This document shows, piece by piece, positions 12,753 through 24,190 of a stretch of DNA of 64,000 bases. The notes beneath the pieces are model-generated. The model made no database searches. It was not told the origin of the DNA and saw only the letters and a list, made by a program, of their open reading frames with translations. Made by a program: the position numbers and the translations under genes. The number at the start of each line of letters is the position of its first letter. Positions within the stretch are counted from its first letter, which is position 1. This DNA comes from Fonticula alba ATCC 38817 (taxonomy: Eukaryota; Protista; Nucleariida), in NCBI GenBank assembly GCA_000388065.2, contig KB932205.1; one strand, 5' to 3'.

Positions 12753-14270
12753 ATGTTCTCCCTTGTCGCCAAGACCACTGCCCCGTCCGTCGCCCCGCGC
12801 GCGGCCTTCATCGCCTCGCGCCTGATGTCCTCGGCCGCGGCCAGCTCCCCCCAGCCGGAGGGCGAGCCCCGCTTCCTGGAGATGGTCAAGCTGAACTTCG
12901 ACCGCGCCGCCGCCCTGACCAAGTACTCTGACGACCTGCTCGATGTTGTCAAGCAGTGCAACAGCGTCATCCGCTTCTCCTTCCCCATCCGCCGCGATGA
13001 TGGCACCATCGAGTCCATCCACGGCTACCGCGCCCAGCACTCCCACCACCGCGTCCCCTGCAAGGGTGGTATCCGCTACGCCGATGAGGTCAACCTCCAG
13101 GAGGTCGAGGCCCTGGCCGGTCTGATGACCTACAAGTGCGCCGTCGCCGCCATCCCCTTCGGCGGTGCCAAGGGTGGTGTCCGCATCGACCCGAAGAAGT
13201 ACTCCGTCGCCGAGCTCGAGCGCATCACTCGTCGCTTCACCATGGAGCTGGCCAAGAAGGGCTTCATCGGCCCCGGCATTGATGTCCCGGCCCCGGACAT
13301 GGGTACCGGCCAGCGCGAGATGGGCTGGATCAAGGACACCTACCAGATGCTCTTCGGCAACAACGACATCAACTCCCTCGGTGTCGTCACCGGCAAGCCC
13401 CTCTCCCAGGGTGGTATCTGCGGCCGCGCTGAGGCCACCGGTCTCGGTGTCTTCTACGGTGTCGTGGAGTTCCTCAACAACCCCCAGATGCTGGAGAAGG
13501 TTGGCCTCACCCGCCCCGGCCTCAAGGACCTGACCTTCGCCGTTCAGGGTCTCGGCAACGTCGGCTTCAGCGCCGCCAAGTTCTTCACCCAGGCCGGCGC
13601 CAAGTGCGTGTCCGTCGTCGAGTACAACTCCGCCGTCTACAACGAGAACGGCCTCGATGTCGAGGCCCTCAAGCAGTACATGAGCCAGAAGGGCACCCTC
13701 GAGGGCTTCCCCGGCGCCACCAAGAGCTTCGCCTCCAACCCCAAGGAGGGTCTCGAGGTCGAGTGCGACTTCCTGGTCCCCGCCGCCCTGGAGTGCCAGC
13801 TAAACATGCACAACGCCGCCAACATCAAGTGCCGCTTCATCGCCGAGGCCGCCAACGGCCCGACCACCCCGGCCGCCGATGAGATCTTCGCCAAGAAGGG
13901 CATCGTCGTCATCCCCGACATCATGCTCAACGCCGGTGGTGTCACCGTCTCCTACTTCGAGTGGCTCAAGAACCTGAGCCACGTCCGCTTCGGCCGCCTC
14001 ACCCGCAAGTGGGAGGAGCGCTCCAAGCGCGACCTGGTCGACCTGATCACCAACACCGCCGGCATCAACCCGATCGAGTCCTCCAAGGTCTTCGACGGCC
14101 CCTCCGAGCTGGACATCGTCTACTCCGGCCTCGAGGAGACCATGGTCACCTCCATCAACGACATCATCAACGTCTCCAACGAGCTTGGCTGCTCTCTGCG
14201 TGACGCCGCCTACGTCCTGGCCATCCGCCGCATCATGGTTGTCCACCAGGAGGCCGGTATCACCATCTAA
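12753..14270 (+). CDS. GLUD1: Glutamate dehydrogenase, mitochondrial GLUD1-like (NAD(P)+), 505 aa, intronless CDS
   Basis: Single ORF with ELFV-dehydrogenase motifs: GYRAQHS, KGGIRY, catalytic Lys in PFGGAKGG, DVPAPDM, VTGKP, Rossmann QGLGNVG, EAANGPTT, PDIMLNAGGVTVSYFEWLKNL. The Arg/Ser/Ala-rich N-terminus resembles a mitochondrial presequence. Strong C/G third-position bias. Confidence 0.96.
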   Translation: MFSLVAKTTAPSVAPRAAFIASRLMSSAAASSPQPEGEPRFLEMVKLNFDRAAALTKYSDDLLDVVKQCNSVIRFSFPIRRDDGTIESIHGYRAQHSHHRVPCKGGIRYADEVNLQEVEALAGLMTYKCAVAAIPFGGAKGGVRIDPKKYSVAELERITRRFTMELAKKGFIGPGIDVPAPDMGTGQREMGWIKDTYQMLFGNNDINSLGVVTGKPLSQGGICGRAEATGLGVFYGVVEFLNNPQMLEKVGLTRPGLKDLTFAVQGLGNVGFSAAKFFTQAGAKCVSVVEYNSAVYNENGLDVEALKQYMSQKGTLEGFPGATKSFASNPKEGLEVECDFLVPAALECQLNMHNAANIKCRFIAEAANGPTTPAADEIFAKKGIVVIPDIMLNAGGVTVSYFEWLKNLSHVRFGRLTRKWEERSKRDLVDLITNTAGINPIESSKVFDGPSELDIVYSGLEETMVTSINDIINVSNELGCSLRDAAYVLAIRRIMVVHQEAGITI

Positions 14271-14317
14271 GCGCGTGGTGTGTTGTCCATGCGTGCGTGC
14301 GCGTGTGCATGCCTGCG

Positions 14318-14348
<31 letters not shown>

Positions 14349-14690
14349 TCCCATGTCTCCCATGTGTAGCCGCGTCTAGTGCGTGCCTATGCGTGTGAAG
14401 CGCCGCCAATCACCACATCCCCACTGCGCGTCTCTCGTTGTGTGTGTGTGTGTGTGTGGTGTGCCGCGATGGGGGACGGGGGGCGGGACCGAGCGAGAGA
14501 GGGGGCTGGGCGGGGAGCTGTCGGGGGGCGGGCGGGGGGGCAACCTGTGCAATCCCTGCACTTGTGCCTTCCTCCCCCTCTCCCCCCCCTCCTCGCTGTG
14601 CGCGCATTCAGGGCCCCGGTTGCCTTTCTCTTTCTCCTCCCTGTTGTATTGCGCGCGCGCGCGGGTCCCTCCGAAGAAATGCACATATGT

Positions 14691-14711
14691 CCTCTCTCTC
14701 TCTCTCTCTCC

Positions 14712-14751
<40 letters not shown>
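14691..14751. repeat. (CT)n microsatellite between the convergent GDH and Lgl-like genes
   Basis: About 60 bp imperfect CT tract. Confidence 0.95.
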
Positions 14752-14763
<12 letters not shown>

Positions 14764-14930
14764 GTGATGTGCTCTTTGCTTGTCCTTTGTTTGTCTATTT
14801 TTTCTTCCGGCGGCTCCTAGATTGAGGGGAGCGGGGCGCGAGGAAAGACGCCTTGACTAAGGTCCTTCCTGGAGAGCGGGCGAGCGCTGCCGGCCCCGCC
14901 ACCTCGGCCCGGCGCGGCAGAGCGCCCCTT

Positions 14931-15132
14931 TCATGACAGGGAGTGGCGACTGCCCTCGGAGCGGCCGCCCTCCGACTGGGCGTCACTCGTGTGCTTCTTT
15001 CCACTCCCCGGCGACCGGAGGCCAATCTTCCGACGCCAGCCGCCCTTGCCGCCGGCCGACCCCGCCGCCGTGCCAGGCTCGGCCCCGGCGGCGCCACCAT
15101 TCGCCCCTGCCTGCCCGGGCGCCCGGCCATCG

Positions 15133-15165
<33 letters not shown>

Positions 15166-16416
15166 CTGTCGAAGTAGTCCGACAGCCGGCCCTGGGAGGA
15201 GGATCGCGACATGGCCCCCGATCGGCTGGTTCCCTGGCTGATGGTGTCGCCGACGGCGGTGCCGGCCCCGCGCAAGCCGTCGGCCACGGCTTCGGCCGAG
15301 GTGGCCGCCATGCGGGCCATGCCGCGGAAGCGCGCCGTCACCCCGGCCACCAGGCGCCGGTCGGCGGCCCACTGCCCGGCCGAGGTTGCCACCCCGGGAC
15401 GCACTTCGAAAGATTGCCCGGCCATGCGTGGCGTGACGAGGGACTTCCGGCTGAGGGCCGGCGGGATGGCCGCCGCCTGGCCGCCGGGCTCAAAGCAAAA
15501 CCCGCTCCCCGGGGCCAGGTCGACCGCCGGGTCGCCGGATCCGCCGAACAGCGACAGGCGAATGAGCTCCCCGCCCGGGGCGGTCAAGATCAGCAGGTCA
15601 TCATCTCCGATGGGCGGCGTGCAGATGCGCGCCTCGCTGGGCACATTTCGCGGTGCACATCGGGGCAGGGCATGTGCCGGCCAATGGCCGCGTGTGTCAG
15701 TTGCCGAAGGCCGCCCGGTCGTCACTTGCATCCTCCCCCTTCCCTCCCCTCTGCCCCTTTCCCGTGAATATGGGCCCATAGCCATCGATCCGGGCTGGCC
15801 TGCCGGCTCATTGGCCACGGTGTGATGCAGCAGCCAGCACGCACAGTACCGAGAAGGGCAGCAGTTGGTGGCAGGCAATCTTGAAGGTGGGCAGACTGTA
15901 GACAACAAGGGCGCCATGCGGGGCCGTGGTGAGGGCCTGCATGCGGGGCCCGGCCGGCGTCGGGGCCGACCGGGAGTGGTTCCCCTGTGCTCGGGCAATC
16001 GCTGCCAGCTGGCCCTGCGCGGCATCATGGTCCACCAGGCACTGGCATGCCGGGGCTCCGGCCCCGGAGCCGGGGACTTGCTCCTCGCGCAGGCAGGCCG
16101 CCAGGGCCACGACAAAGCACTGGCCGCCCAATTGGCGGAAGGCCGCCGCACAGATGCGCGTATCGGGCGAGTGCTTGTTCAGATAGGCGCACGTGGGCAT
16201 GGAGTACACGCGCCAGTGCGACGCAGACAGCACCACCAGCGGGTAGGTGCCTCGTGGATTGGCTCGGGCTGGGTCGGTCGGAGGGTGAGTACTTTTTCTG
16301 CATGCATGTGCAGTCGCACGGGGCACGCTGGGCAAGAGGCAGGGCACTGTCGCACGGTTGGTCAAGTCGAAGGGGAAGGGCGCTGCCGATGATGGGGAAC
16401 CCACGCCCGGGGTGGT

Positions 16417-16466
<50 letters not shown>

Positions 16467-17586
16467 CCGCATGGCCGCCAGGGGGGCTGGCCGGCGGCGG
16501 GGCCGAGTCCGAGCGCCATGTCCAGGCGGCGTCGAACCCTGCGATGGCCAGTGTCCGGCTGGGCTTCTTGGCCGTACGGGCGATGTGCGGCACAACTTGA
16601 GCCGCATCAATGTCCACGGCCACGAGCGTGCCATCCGCCAAGCCGATGAAGGCGATCTTCCCCGAGGCCGGGCCTGTGGCCGGGCAGATGGTGTGGCCGG
16701 GCCGGTCCGGTCAGTGTGCATGGGATGGTGCCATGGCACGCGGCCAGTGGGGCGGCAGGTCTCACCATGCCCGGGAGTGGGGCATGCGGCGGGTGATGTC
16801 GTACCGGTGGGCTCCTGTCCGAAGGTGAGCGATTCGACTGTGGTCACCTCGTTGAGGCGGCGCGGGGCGACCGGCCGCGCCGGGGGGGCTGCGTCTGCCG
16901 CGCCGGTCGACCCTCCGGCCGGGGCCGGAGCCGGAGCCGCGAAAAGGTCCACTGTTCGGCTGGTCATGTCGCGCAAGCGAAGGATCGTGCAGTGGCCATC
17001 CCGGCCACCGAAGAAGACCCTGAAAGGGGGGGGGGGAAGGAGGCGCGGGCCGGGCGTGTGTCAGCGCGGCATCCGGCCAGCGCAAGGGGTTTTTGTTTGG
17101 TCCGCGCGGCCGCCTGCACGCCAAGTGGGGGCGTGCGCGTCTCGGCACGCAGGATGGACCAGGGGGCGGGCGGGGGAGGGGAGGGGGGACGGATCGACGC
17201 ACGTTTCATTGTCCAACTGGCGGGCGAACGAGTAGCCCCGGCCGCCGGGCGCCGGGCAGGCGACAAACGCTAGGCGGAAGGCGCACTGATGCCCAAGGGT
17301 CAGGCCCAGCCCCGGGCCCGGATCGGGGGATCCCACCTCGAACAGGAAGATCTGCCCTGCCCGCGTGGCGGCTGCCACATACTGGTGCGAGGCGCCGGCC
17401 GTGGGGAAGGCCGGATCCTCGGACCAGGTGCACATGGCCACGGCACTGACCGCCGCGCTGGACGCGCCCCAGGAGGCCACCCCGGCCGGTAGGAGGTGCA
17501 TGACCAGCCGCAGGGGGATGGTGGCCACATGGCGCAGGAAGCTGGGGGCCTCCTCCCACACGCGGACGATTCCCTCCTCGTGCCTA

Positions 17587-17618
<32 letters not shown>

Positions 17619-20600
17619 AGGGTGCGCGCGCGGGCAGCCCGATTAGTTCCACATATTGGCGGCATGACCTGTGCCATGCGGCAGCTGACATTGCCTGGCC
17701 CAGGGGCAGGGGCGGGGCGAGCGGCTGGCAGCATGCCCATGTTCGTACCCGGTGCACAGGAAGGTGGCCTTGGAGAATTCGCCCGGAGTGAAGGTGCGCG
17801 TCCCGCCAAAGAGCGGCGTGTCGGGGCCGGAAAAGTGCGCCAGCGCCCCGCGCAGGGATTGCAAGGCCGCCGACCCGACGGATGTCGTGCCGGCGGCGGG
17901 CGTCGGGGCGGTGTCGGGCGCCGTGCGCTCGGTCTTCGACGTCTTGACCCGGAGGCCGGCGAAGCCGGGGCGCTTTTTCTTCTCGGATGGCGGCTCCGAT
18001 GCTGGCGGCTGCGGCGGGCCGGACGCCTCGCCGCCGGGGTGGACATGTGCCTGGGGGGAGGTGGCACTGCCGCCGGGGACCCGCCACCGGCGCACCGCCT
18101 CGGCCGTGGTGGCGGCCGAGGTGGACCCCGGGTCGGCCAGGCCCAGGGCCGCGGCCCAAGTCTCCAACTCTCGAGCCACCGGCCGGCTCCAGGTGCACAT
18201 GGCCGGGGCCAGGGCCGTGCAGGGGGGCTGCGTGAAGCCCGGCGCGCCGATCGGCTGTGGCAGCAGGGCCCGCACATGTCCGGTTGTCAAATGGGCCGGC
18301 GGGGCCGGCGGCTGTGACTGGCAGGGGCTGGGCGCGGTGGCGACCGGGGCCCCGGCTTCGGGGGCCGGGGCATCGGCCGGCCGTGCGGCGCGCCCCGGGC
18401 TGAAAAGCCGATCCAGCCCGAGCTTCTGGCCGGGGGTCTTTTTGCCCGGGGTGGCGGGGGCATCGGCGGCCCGCGGGCCCGGGGCCGAGCTCGTGCCCAG
18501 GCCCGGGGGCAGCGCGACCGGGTCATCCGGCGAAGGCTTCTGCCCCGGCTCCGGGATGGCCGCCAGCAGGAGGCCCCCATGGCCGGGGGCCAAAACCACC
18601 AAGGAGGTGGGCTGCTCGGCCACATCCCGATGCGGCGTGCCATACATCACCATCATGGTCCGGGCGTTGGAAAAGGGCGTGGTCGGGCCGGGGGCCGTCG
18701 GAGAAACCGGGCTCCCGACCGGCGCGGCACTGGCGCCTCCATCGCCCGGCAGGCGCGGGGACCCGGTCGGATGCAGGGACAGCTGGTCCGGCAGGGGCAG
18801 CAGCAGGGTCCGCCGCCGGGGGATGGAGATCGCCACGCTCGCGGGCGTGTCCTGCTGCTTGCCGGCCGAGGGGGACAGGGGCAGGGCCTCGGCCAGCTGG
18901 ACCATGACCACGCCGTACGGCTCAAAGAGGGCCATTCCGCCGAGCACATACACCGGCGAGGGGTTCTTGGAGCTGGCTCGGGCCGTCAGCGGGGCCGCGA
19001 GGCGAGGGGGGCTCCCCATGCGAAGGGGCATCTGCGTGTTTGATTCTTCTTTTTTTCCTCCCTCCACCCACCCCGCTAATGGCCAACGCACCCGAGAGGC
19101 CCGCCAGACCGGCACCAGTTGAGAGCGCGCACGGGGTGCGCGTCGCCCGCAGCCGCGGCCACTGCTCGGGCAGCGCCATCGGCGGCAGGGGCGAGGCCGG
19201 GGGGGGGGGGGGGGGCAGCGGAGTCAGCGTGGGCACTGGTCCCGAATCCGGGAGATGTCCAGGGGAGGGATGGCCCGAGGGGCATGGGCAGGGGTGCATC
19301 AAGCGTGAGGTACACTTTCGATGAGCTCCGCGTTGAAGGAGTGTTCCAGCGCCGCGCGGCCCAGGACATAGGTGTAGATGCGACCGCCGGCGAAGGACAC
19401 CAGGACCTGCTTCTTGTCGCGCGGGTCGGCGGCCATCACCCCGACGGGAAAGAACCTGGCCCGCCACGCGACACATGGGTCAGTCTGTGTGCGGGGGCGG
19501 GGGCGGGGGATGGGGCGGGAGGAGAGGGCGCACTTGACTTGGGGCGGGTCGGCCACCACCGGGAGGAGTGTGGGCATGCCGGACTTGAAGTCGTAGCACA
19601 CAACCTGGCCCCGGGTCAGGGCAACAAACAGGCGCTTGGAGCAGGCGGACACCGTGGCGCAAGTCCAGCTGGCGGGCGGAACAGGCAAGGCAGAGGGCAA
19701 ATGCGCAGGCGCCCGGTGAGCTTTCGAAAGGAGGGAAGGAGGAAGGGCGACGGCGCAGCATGCGGCCCAGTGGGGGGCACGTACGACTCGTCCCACACGG
19801 ACTGGTGAATCAGGGCATTTTCCTCCAGCGACCAGAGGCACAGGACGTTGGTCCGGTCGATGGACAGCAGCGTGTGTCCCTTCGGGCACGGCCGCGATGT
19901 CGAGTACCGAAAGGTGCGTGTCAGATCCCCCCCGGTGCGGGTGGCAGGGATGGGGGGCAGCGCGCGAAGGCCCGGGCCGCCGGGCGCCATTCAATCATAC
20001 CTGGTTGGTGCGCAGGAATGCCATGAAGCGCACAGGCGTCTGGTGGAGGTGGGCGGCCGTGATTTGTAGGCCCTCCGCCCCGTAGCTGTGCCCGGTGTGG
20101 ATGGGTCAGTGGCCGAGGCGCGCGGGCAGGCATTCCGGGTGATCGGCCGACAGCGCACAAGTTAACAACACCACTGCGGGCCCCGACGGCGACAATGCCC
20201 AGGGCAGGGCAATGGGCCAGGTGCGTCGCATCGGAGGAGATGCCGTGGCGATTGACCTGGCGGGGCGGGCGGGCAGTCGCGACAGGGGAAAAAAAAAGCA
20301 GCCCGAGAGAGTCCGCGTGTGCGTGTGTGTCAGCGACTATGTAAGTTGGGGGGGGGGAGGGACCGGGCTGGAGGGGGTGCGTGACACGAGCACCATCAGG
20401 CCCGGGGCCTCGTGGAAGAGGCTGGAGCGGAATCGAAGGGACTGGCGGAGATCTAGGCCGTCGGTGCATCTGTGCCTCCCCTTGCTCCTGTGCCTCCTCC
20501 TCGCCCGCCTGGCACCGTTCGCTCGCCGGGGCTTCCCGCCCCCCTCCCCCATCCCGGGAAATGGCCCAGGCGCACCAGTTGAGGCTTGAACTGATCGGGG

Positions 20601-20674
20601 TCGAAGTTGACCTCGAATTCCGGCCCTAGGTAGGTGATCTTCTTGAGGAAACGCAGCCCGGCAAAAAGGGCCAT
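14931..20674 (-). CDS. Lethal giant larvae / tomosyn (STXBP5) / Sro7-family WD40 protein, multi-exon
   Basis: Spliced N-terminus MALFAGLRFLKK...FKPQL|VNRHGISSDATHLAHCPALGIVAVGARSGVVNF|YGAEGLQITAAHLHQTPVRFMAFLRTNQ|GHTLLSIDRTNVLCLWSL...AADPRDKKQVLVSFAGGRIYTY. This parallels the family pattern RHGFP..PTALAFDP...LAIGT..GAIRILG..G...LQFL.N.G.LVS..D.LHLW.L...HP.D..KILIG. Exon 1 is 20576-20674; stop at 14931. Internal exon boundaries are only partly traced. Confidence 0.75.
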
Positions 20675-22027
20675 AGTGAACGGCGAAGTGGGCCCTCACG
20701 CGCGTGCGATCTGACAATGATACCAAAGGCGACAAGGGCGCTGACGGCCGACGCTATGGGCGCGTGGCGGAAGGTGGACTCCGCGCCCGTGCAGGGGGGA
20801 GGGGGGGGGGAGAGAGACCAAAGCCCGGGGAGGCAAGTGAGGGGCAAACGAGAGGCAAGGCAAAAAGCGCCGGGGCTCGAGCGAGAGAGGGAGGGAGGGA
20901 GGGGGGGGGATAGGTGGGGGCGCTAGTTAGCACACTTTCGACCGTGAGGGACCCCGACGGAGCCCCGGCCGAAAAGAGGGCCCCAGGCGCCGGGCACGAT
21001 CTCGGTGTGGAGGGGCGGCCTGCGCGGCACGGAGCCGCCCTGCGGTCCTTTGCCGGGGGCCTATCTGTGGGCATACAGGGGGGGGGGGACCGATCGCGGC
21101 GACGGCCTCGGGGGACCGCCCGGCCCGGCGGCCTCGATCGGCCCCGCCCCCGGGCGACGGACGCGGCGGGCGGGACACACGGACGGGGCGCCCAGTTCCG
21201 GCCTCCGGCTACCGGCAAGCCCGGCTGCCCGAGATAGAGACTAACTGTGGTGGGAGAGCGCGCATTCCTCCGGCTGGCCCCCCCCGGTGCCCGGGGCCGC
21301 TGGCCACCGGCGCGCAGTGGGGCGCGCGCGCGCCTCGGCCCGAGAGGAGCGCGTGCTTGCGGGAACGGCATCACAGAACGAGCTGGGCGAGCTGGTGCCG
21401 TTCTTGTGATTCAGCATACGGAGTGCTTGATCGTGGGAACGAGAACTGTCATTGTGAGAATGTCGTTCCTTGATGAAGCCCCAGTGTCGACGCCTCTCCA
21501 TTGTTCTCGCTCCTCCTCGCGTCTGTTCTCCGCTGGCCTGCCGGCCAGCCGGCCGCAGTGGGAGGCAGAGAAGGACAGGGGTGGTGAAGATCGGGTCGCC
21601 CCGAGGGGGGGGGGGACAAATAAAAATGCAGAAAAAGATCCAAAGACGCGCGACTCCGGTCGGCCCGCACCCACACCCAAGCGTACGGGCAGGAGCGGGG
21701 CGGGGAGAGGGGGGGGGGGTGCCACCGCGAGGGGATCTAGCGTCCCCGGGCCCTAGACCCCTCGAGACGGCAGGGGGGGGGGGGCGGGGGGGGGCCTGTG
21801 TCGGGTTCCCCGTCCCCCGCTCGTCCCTGGTCGGTTGTTGGGCCGCTGTCGGGGGGTGGGCGATCAGCCGGGGCTGGTGCCACGAGGGAAGTGGCACCGG
21901 GGATGTTGGCGCGCATTGCCCCCCCGAGCGCGTGTGCCTGTGGGTGTGCGTGTGTGCGTGGCCTGGCCCGCGGTGCGGTGTTCCGACGGCCGGCGGCCGG
22001 GCGGTCGGCCGGCAGGGGGACGTGCCG

Positions 22028-22033
22028 TATAAG
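22028..22033 (+). promoter_or_regulatory. Possible TATA-like element upstream of NDK
   Basis: TATAAG about 107 bp before the NDK ATG, followed by an AT/pyrimidine-rich leader (about 22070-22134) in otherwise very GC-rich DNA. Motif match only. Confidence 0.3.
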
Positions 22034-22134
22034 TGGGGGCCGCCCGGCTCGTGGCCTCCAAGCCGGTCTTCCTACCACTTTTTAATTCTCGTTAATTTTT
22101 GGTAAAAACAACACTCTTCCCCCCAAACATCACC

Positions 22135-22958
22135 ATGGAGCGTACTTACATTATGGTCAAGGTACGCGCATGCGCCCTCCCGGCTGGTCACCCCCTCTCT
22201 CTCGCCCCCTTCCTCCTTATGGCTGTCCTCTTCTTCAGCTTCATGCACTGGTCCTGACCCCCATGTCCGCCCGCCCTCGCGCACATTTTGTCCCCGCCCC
22301 TGACGTGTGTGCCGTGGCCAACAGCCTGATGGCGTCCAGCGCGGTCTCGTTGGCGAGATTGTCAAGCGCTTCGAGCAGAAGGGCTTCAAGCTTGCCGCTC
22401 TCCGCCTCATGACCCCCACTGAGGAGCACCTGAAGCAGCACTACAAGGACCTCGCTGTACGTGTCCCTCGCGGCGCGCCTTGCCTGGCCGCGCTCGTTGC
22501 CTGGCCATTGCACCCTGTCCCCGCCGCCTCGTCGGGGCTCGCCACTCACCGGCCGGTTTCTCACCTTCGCTTGTTCTCCCTCGCCTGCTCCCCCCCTCCC
22601 CCCCCCCCCCGGCTTCCCTGCCGCCCCTGCCGCCCTTGCCGCCCTCCGGTGGAACCCGCAGGAGAAGCCCTTCTTCCCCGGCCTCATCAAGTACATGACC
22701 TCCGGCCCCGTCGTCGGTATGGTCTGGGTCGGCAAGGGTGCTGTCACCACCGGCCGCAAGATGCTCGGCGCCACCAACCCCGCCGACTCTGCCCCCGGCA
22801 CCATCCGTGGCGACTTCTGCATTGAGGTCGGCATGAACATCTGCCACGGCTCCGACACCGTCGAGAACGCCGAGGCCGAGATTGCCCTCTGGTTCCCCGA
22901 GGGTGTTGCCACCTACGAGAAGTCCGAGGATGCCTGGCTGTACGAGAAGCGCAACTAA
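22135..22958 (+). CDS. NDK1: Nucleoside-diphosphate kinase (group I NDPK), 151 aa, 3 exons
   Basis: Exons 22135-22161, 22325-22456 and 22662-22958 with phase-0 GT-AG introns. Protein MERTYIMVK|[20 protein letters not shown]...HYKDLA|[18 protein letters not shown]...GTIRGDF...NICHGSD (phospho-His motif)...WLYEKRN. Confidence 0.97.
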
Positions 22959-23697
22959 GCGTCTCGTCCCCCCTGTGGATACACCCTGTTCCTCCTTCTC
23001 CCGTGTGTGCTCTGCATGCCCACCTGCATCGCCCACATCATGGGTCACTGCCACAAGTGCGCGCGCCCCCTTCTCTGTGCCCCGCTCCTCCTGCCGCGCC
23101 GCGGTCCGCGCGCGTGGCTGGCTGGCCGCGCGGGGGCTGACACATCGGGGAGTGGCTCGCGCTTGTGCGCATGTCCTCTCGCGGGTCGATCCACCTATCT
23201 CTCTTTCTCCCTCTCTCTCTCTCTCTCTTGCCTCTGTGCATCTCGGTGCCGCGCGCCCTCCCTCCCGGGGAGGGGCCTTCGCGTGTTCCCTCGAGCGAGC
23301 GAGAGAGACGGGGGCCGACAGAGAGGGGCACTCAAAATACACCCGGTCCCAAAAGCATTCCCTCCCCAGCCTTGTTTCCTTTCTCTCCCCCCCCCCTCCC
23401 CCCCCCGCGCGCGCCCTATCCTACGTCGCGCACTTTACGCCGCCCGTCTCCTTGCCTCTGCGCACGAAAGAGACCGAGGAGCGAGCGAACGAGCGAACGG
23501 CAGTCGGGCAACATGTGAGGGATGTGTCGGCCTCTTTGGATGGGCGGGCGCTCTGCGCGCCATGCCTTTTTTTTTTTTGGTGGGGTCCTTTTCTTCTGTG
23601 CCTACTCCTCCTCCGGGGTGTGTACCACCACGCACGGCCGCGGCGGCGGTTACCAACTTTGCGCGCGGCGACAGAAGCCCGGACCATGCCGATCGAG

Positions 23698-23702
23698 AAA
23701 AA
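23698..23702 (-). terminator. Pol III terminator (T5) of the tRNA-Leu gene
   Basis: A5 on + (T5 on -) beginning 8 nt downstream of the tRNA discriminator base. Confidence 0.7.
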
Positions 23703-23709
23703 TAATGTA

Positions 23710-23788
23710 TGATTGGAGTGGGACTCGAACCCACGCGGTTTCCCACCAGTGCCTTAAACTGGCGCCTTAACCACTCGGCCATCCAACC
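23710..23788 (-). tRNA. tRNA-Leu, anticodon AAG (IAG)
   Basis: Reverse complement GGTTGGATGGCCGAGTGGTTAAGGCGCCAGTTTAAGGCACTGGTGGGAAACCGCGTGGGTTCGAGTCCCACTCCAATCA. Acceptor stem GGTTGGA/TCCAATC, anticodon stem CCAGT/ACTGG with loop TT-AAG-GC, variable arm, T-arm GTGGG-TTCGAGT-CCCAC, discriminator A. No intron. Confidence 0.96.
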
Positions 23789-23930
23789 TGACAAGATGAA
23801 GGTAGGGCCCTCCATTGGTTATTGTAACCTTCGCCGCCCAAATCCCAGAATTGGTCACGGGTTGTCACGTGACCACATCTGAGAAGTCGGATCCCCGGCT
23901 CTCCTCTCCTCTTGGGGAGAGCCGCGCCTC

Positions 23931-24190
23931 NNNNNNNNNNNNNNNNNNNNNNNNNNNNNNNNNNNNNNNNNNNNNNNNNNNNNNNNNNNNNNNNNNNNNN
24001 NNNNNNNNNNNNNNNNNNNNNNNNNNNNNNNNNNNNNNNNNNNNNNNNNNNNNNNNNNNNNNNNNNNNNNNNNNNNNNNNNNNNNNNNNNNNNNNNNNNN
24101 NNNNNNNNNNNNNNNNNNNNNNNNNNNNNNNNNNNNNNNNNNNNNNNNNNNNNNNNNNNNNNNNNNNNNNNNNNNNNNNNNNNNNNNNNN
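23931..24190. other. Assembly gap (N run); others at 27240-27269, 29926-29950, 36198-36423, 39580-39669, 47387-47537, 49785-49949, 61472-61528
   Basis: N runs, mostly abutting G/C homopolymers or (GT)n tracts, typical of short-read dropout. Confidence 1.

Noticed and set aside
12753-14270. GDH as a retrocopy because its CDS is intronless
   Set aside because: Neighbouring genes have exons of 1.7-3.5 kb, there is no poly-A or TSD, and a leader intron is likely.
21470-21490. Motifs resembling RNase MRP CR-V (ACACTGGGGCT on -) or U3 box C' (TTGATGA on +)
   Set aside because: The required partner motifs (MRP CR-I/P4 pairing, U3 box A and box D) are not present at suitable distances.
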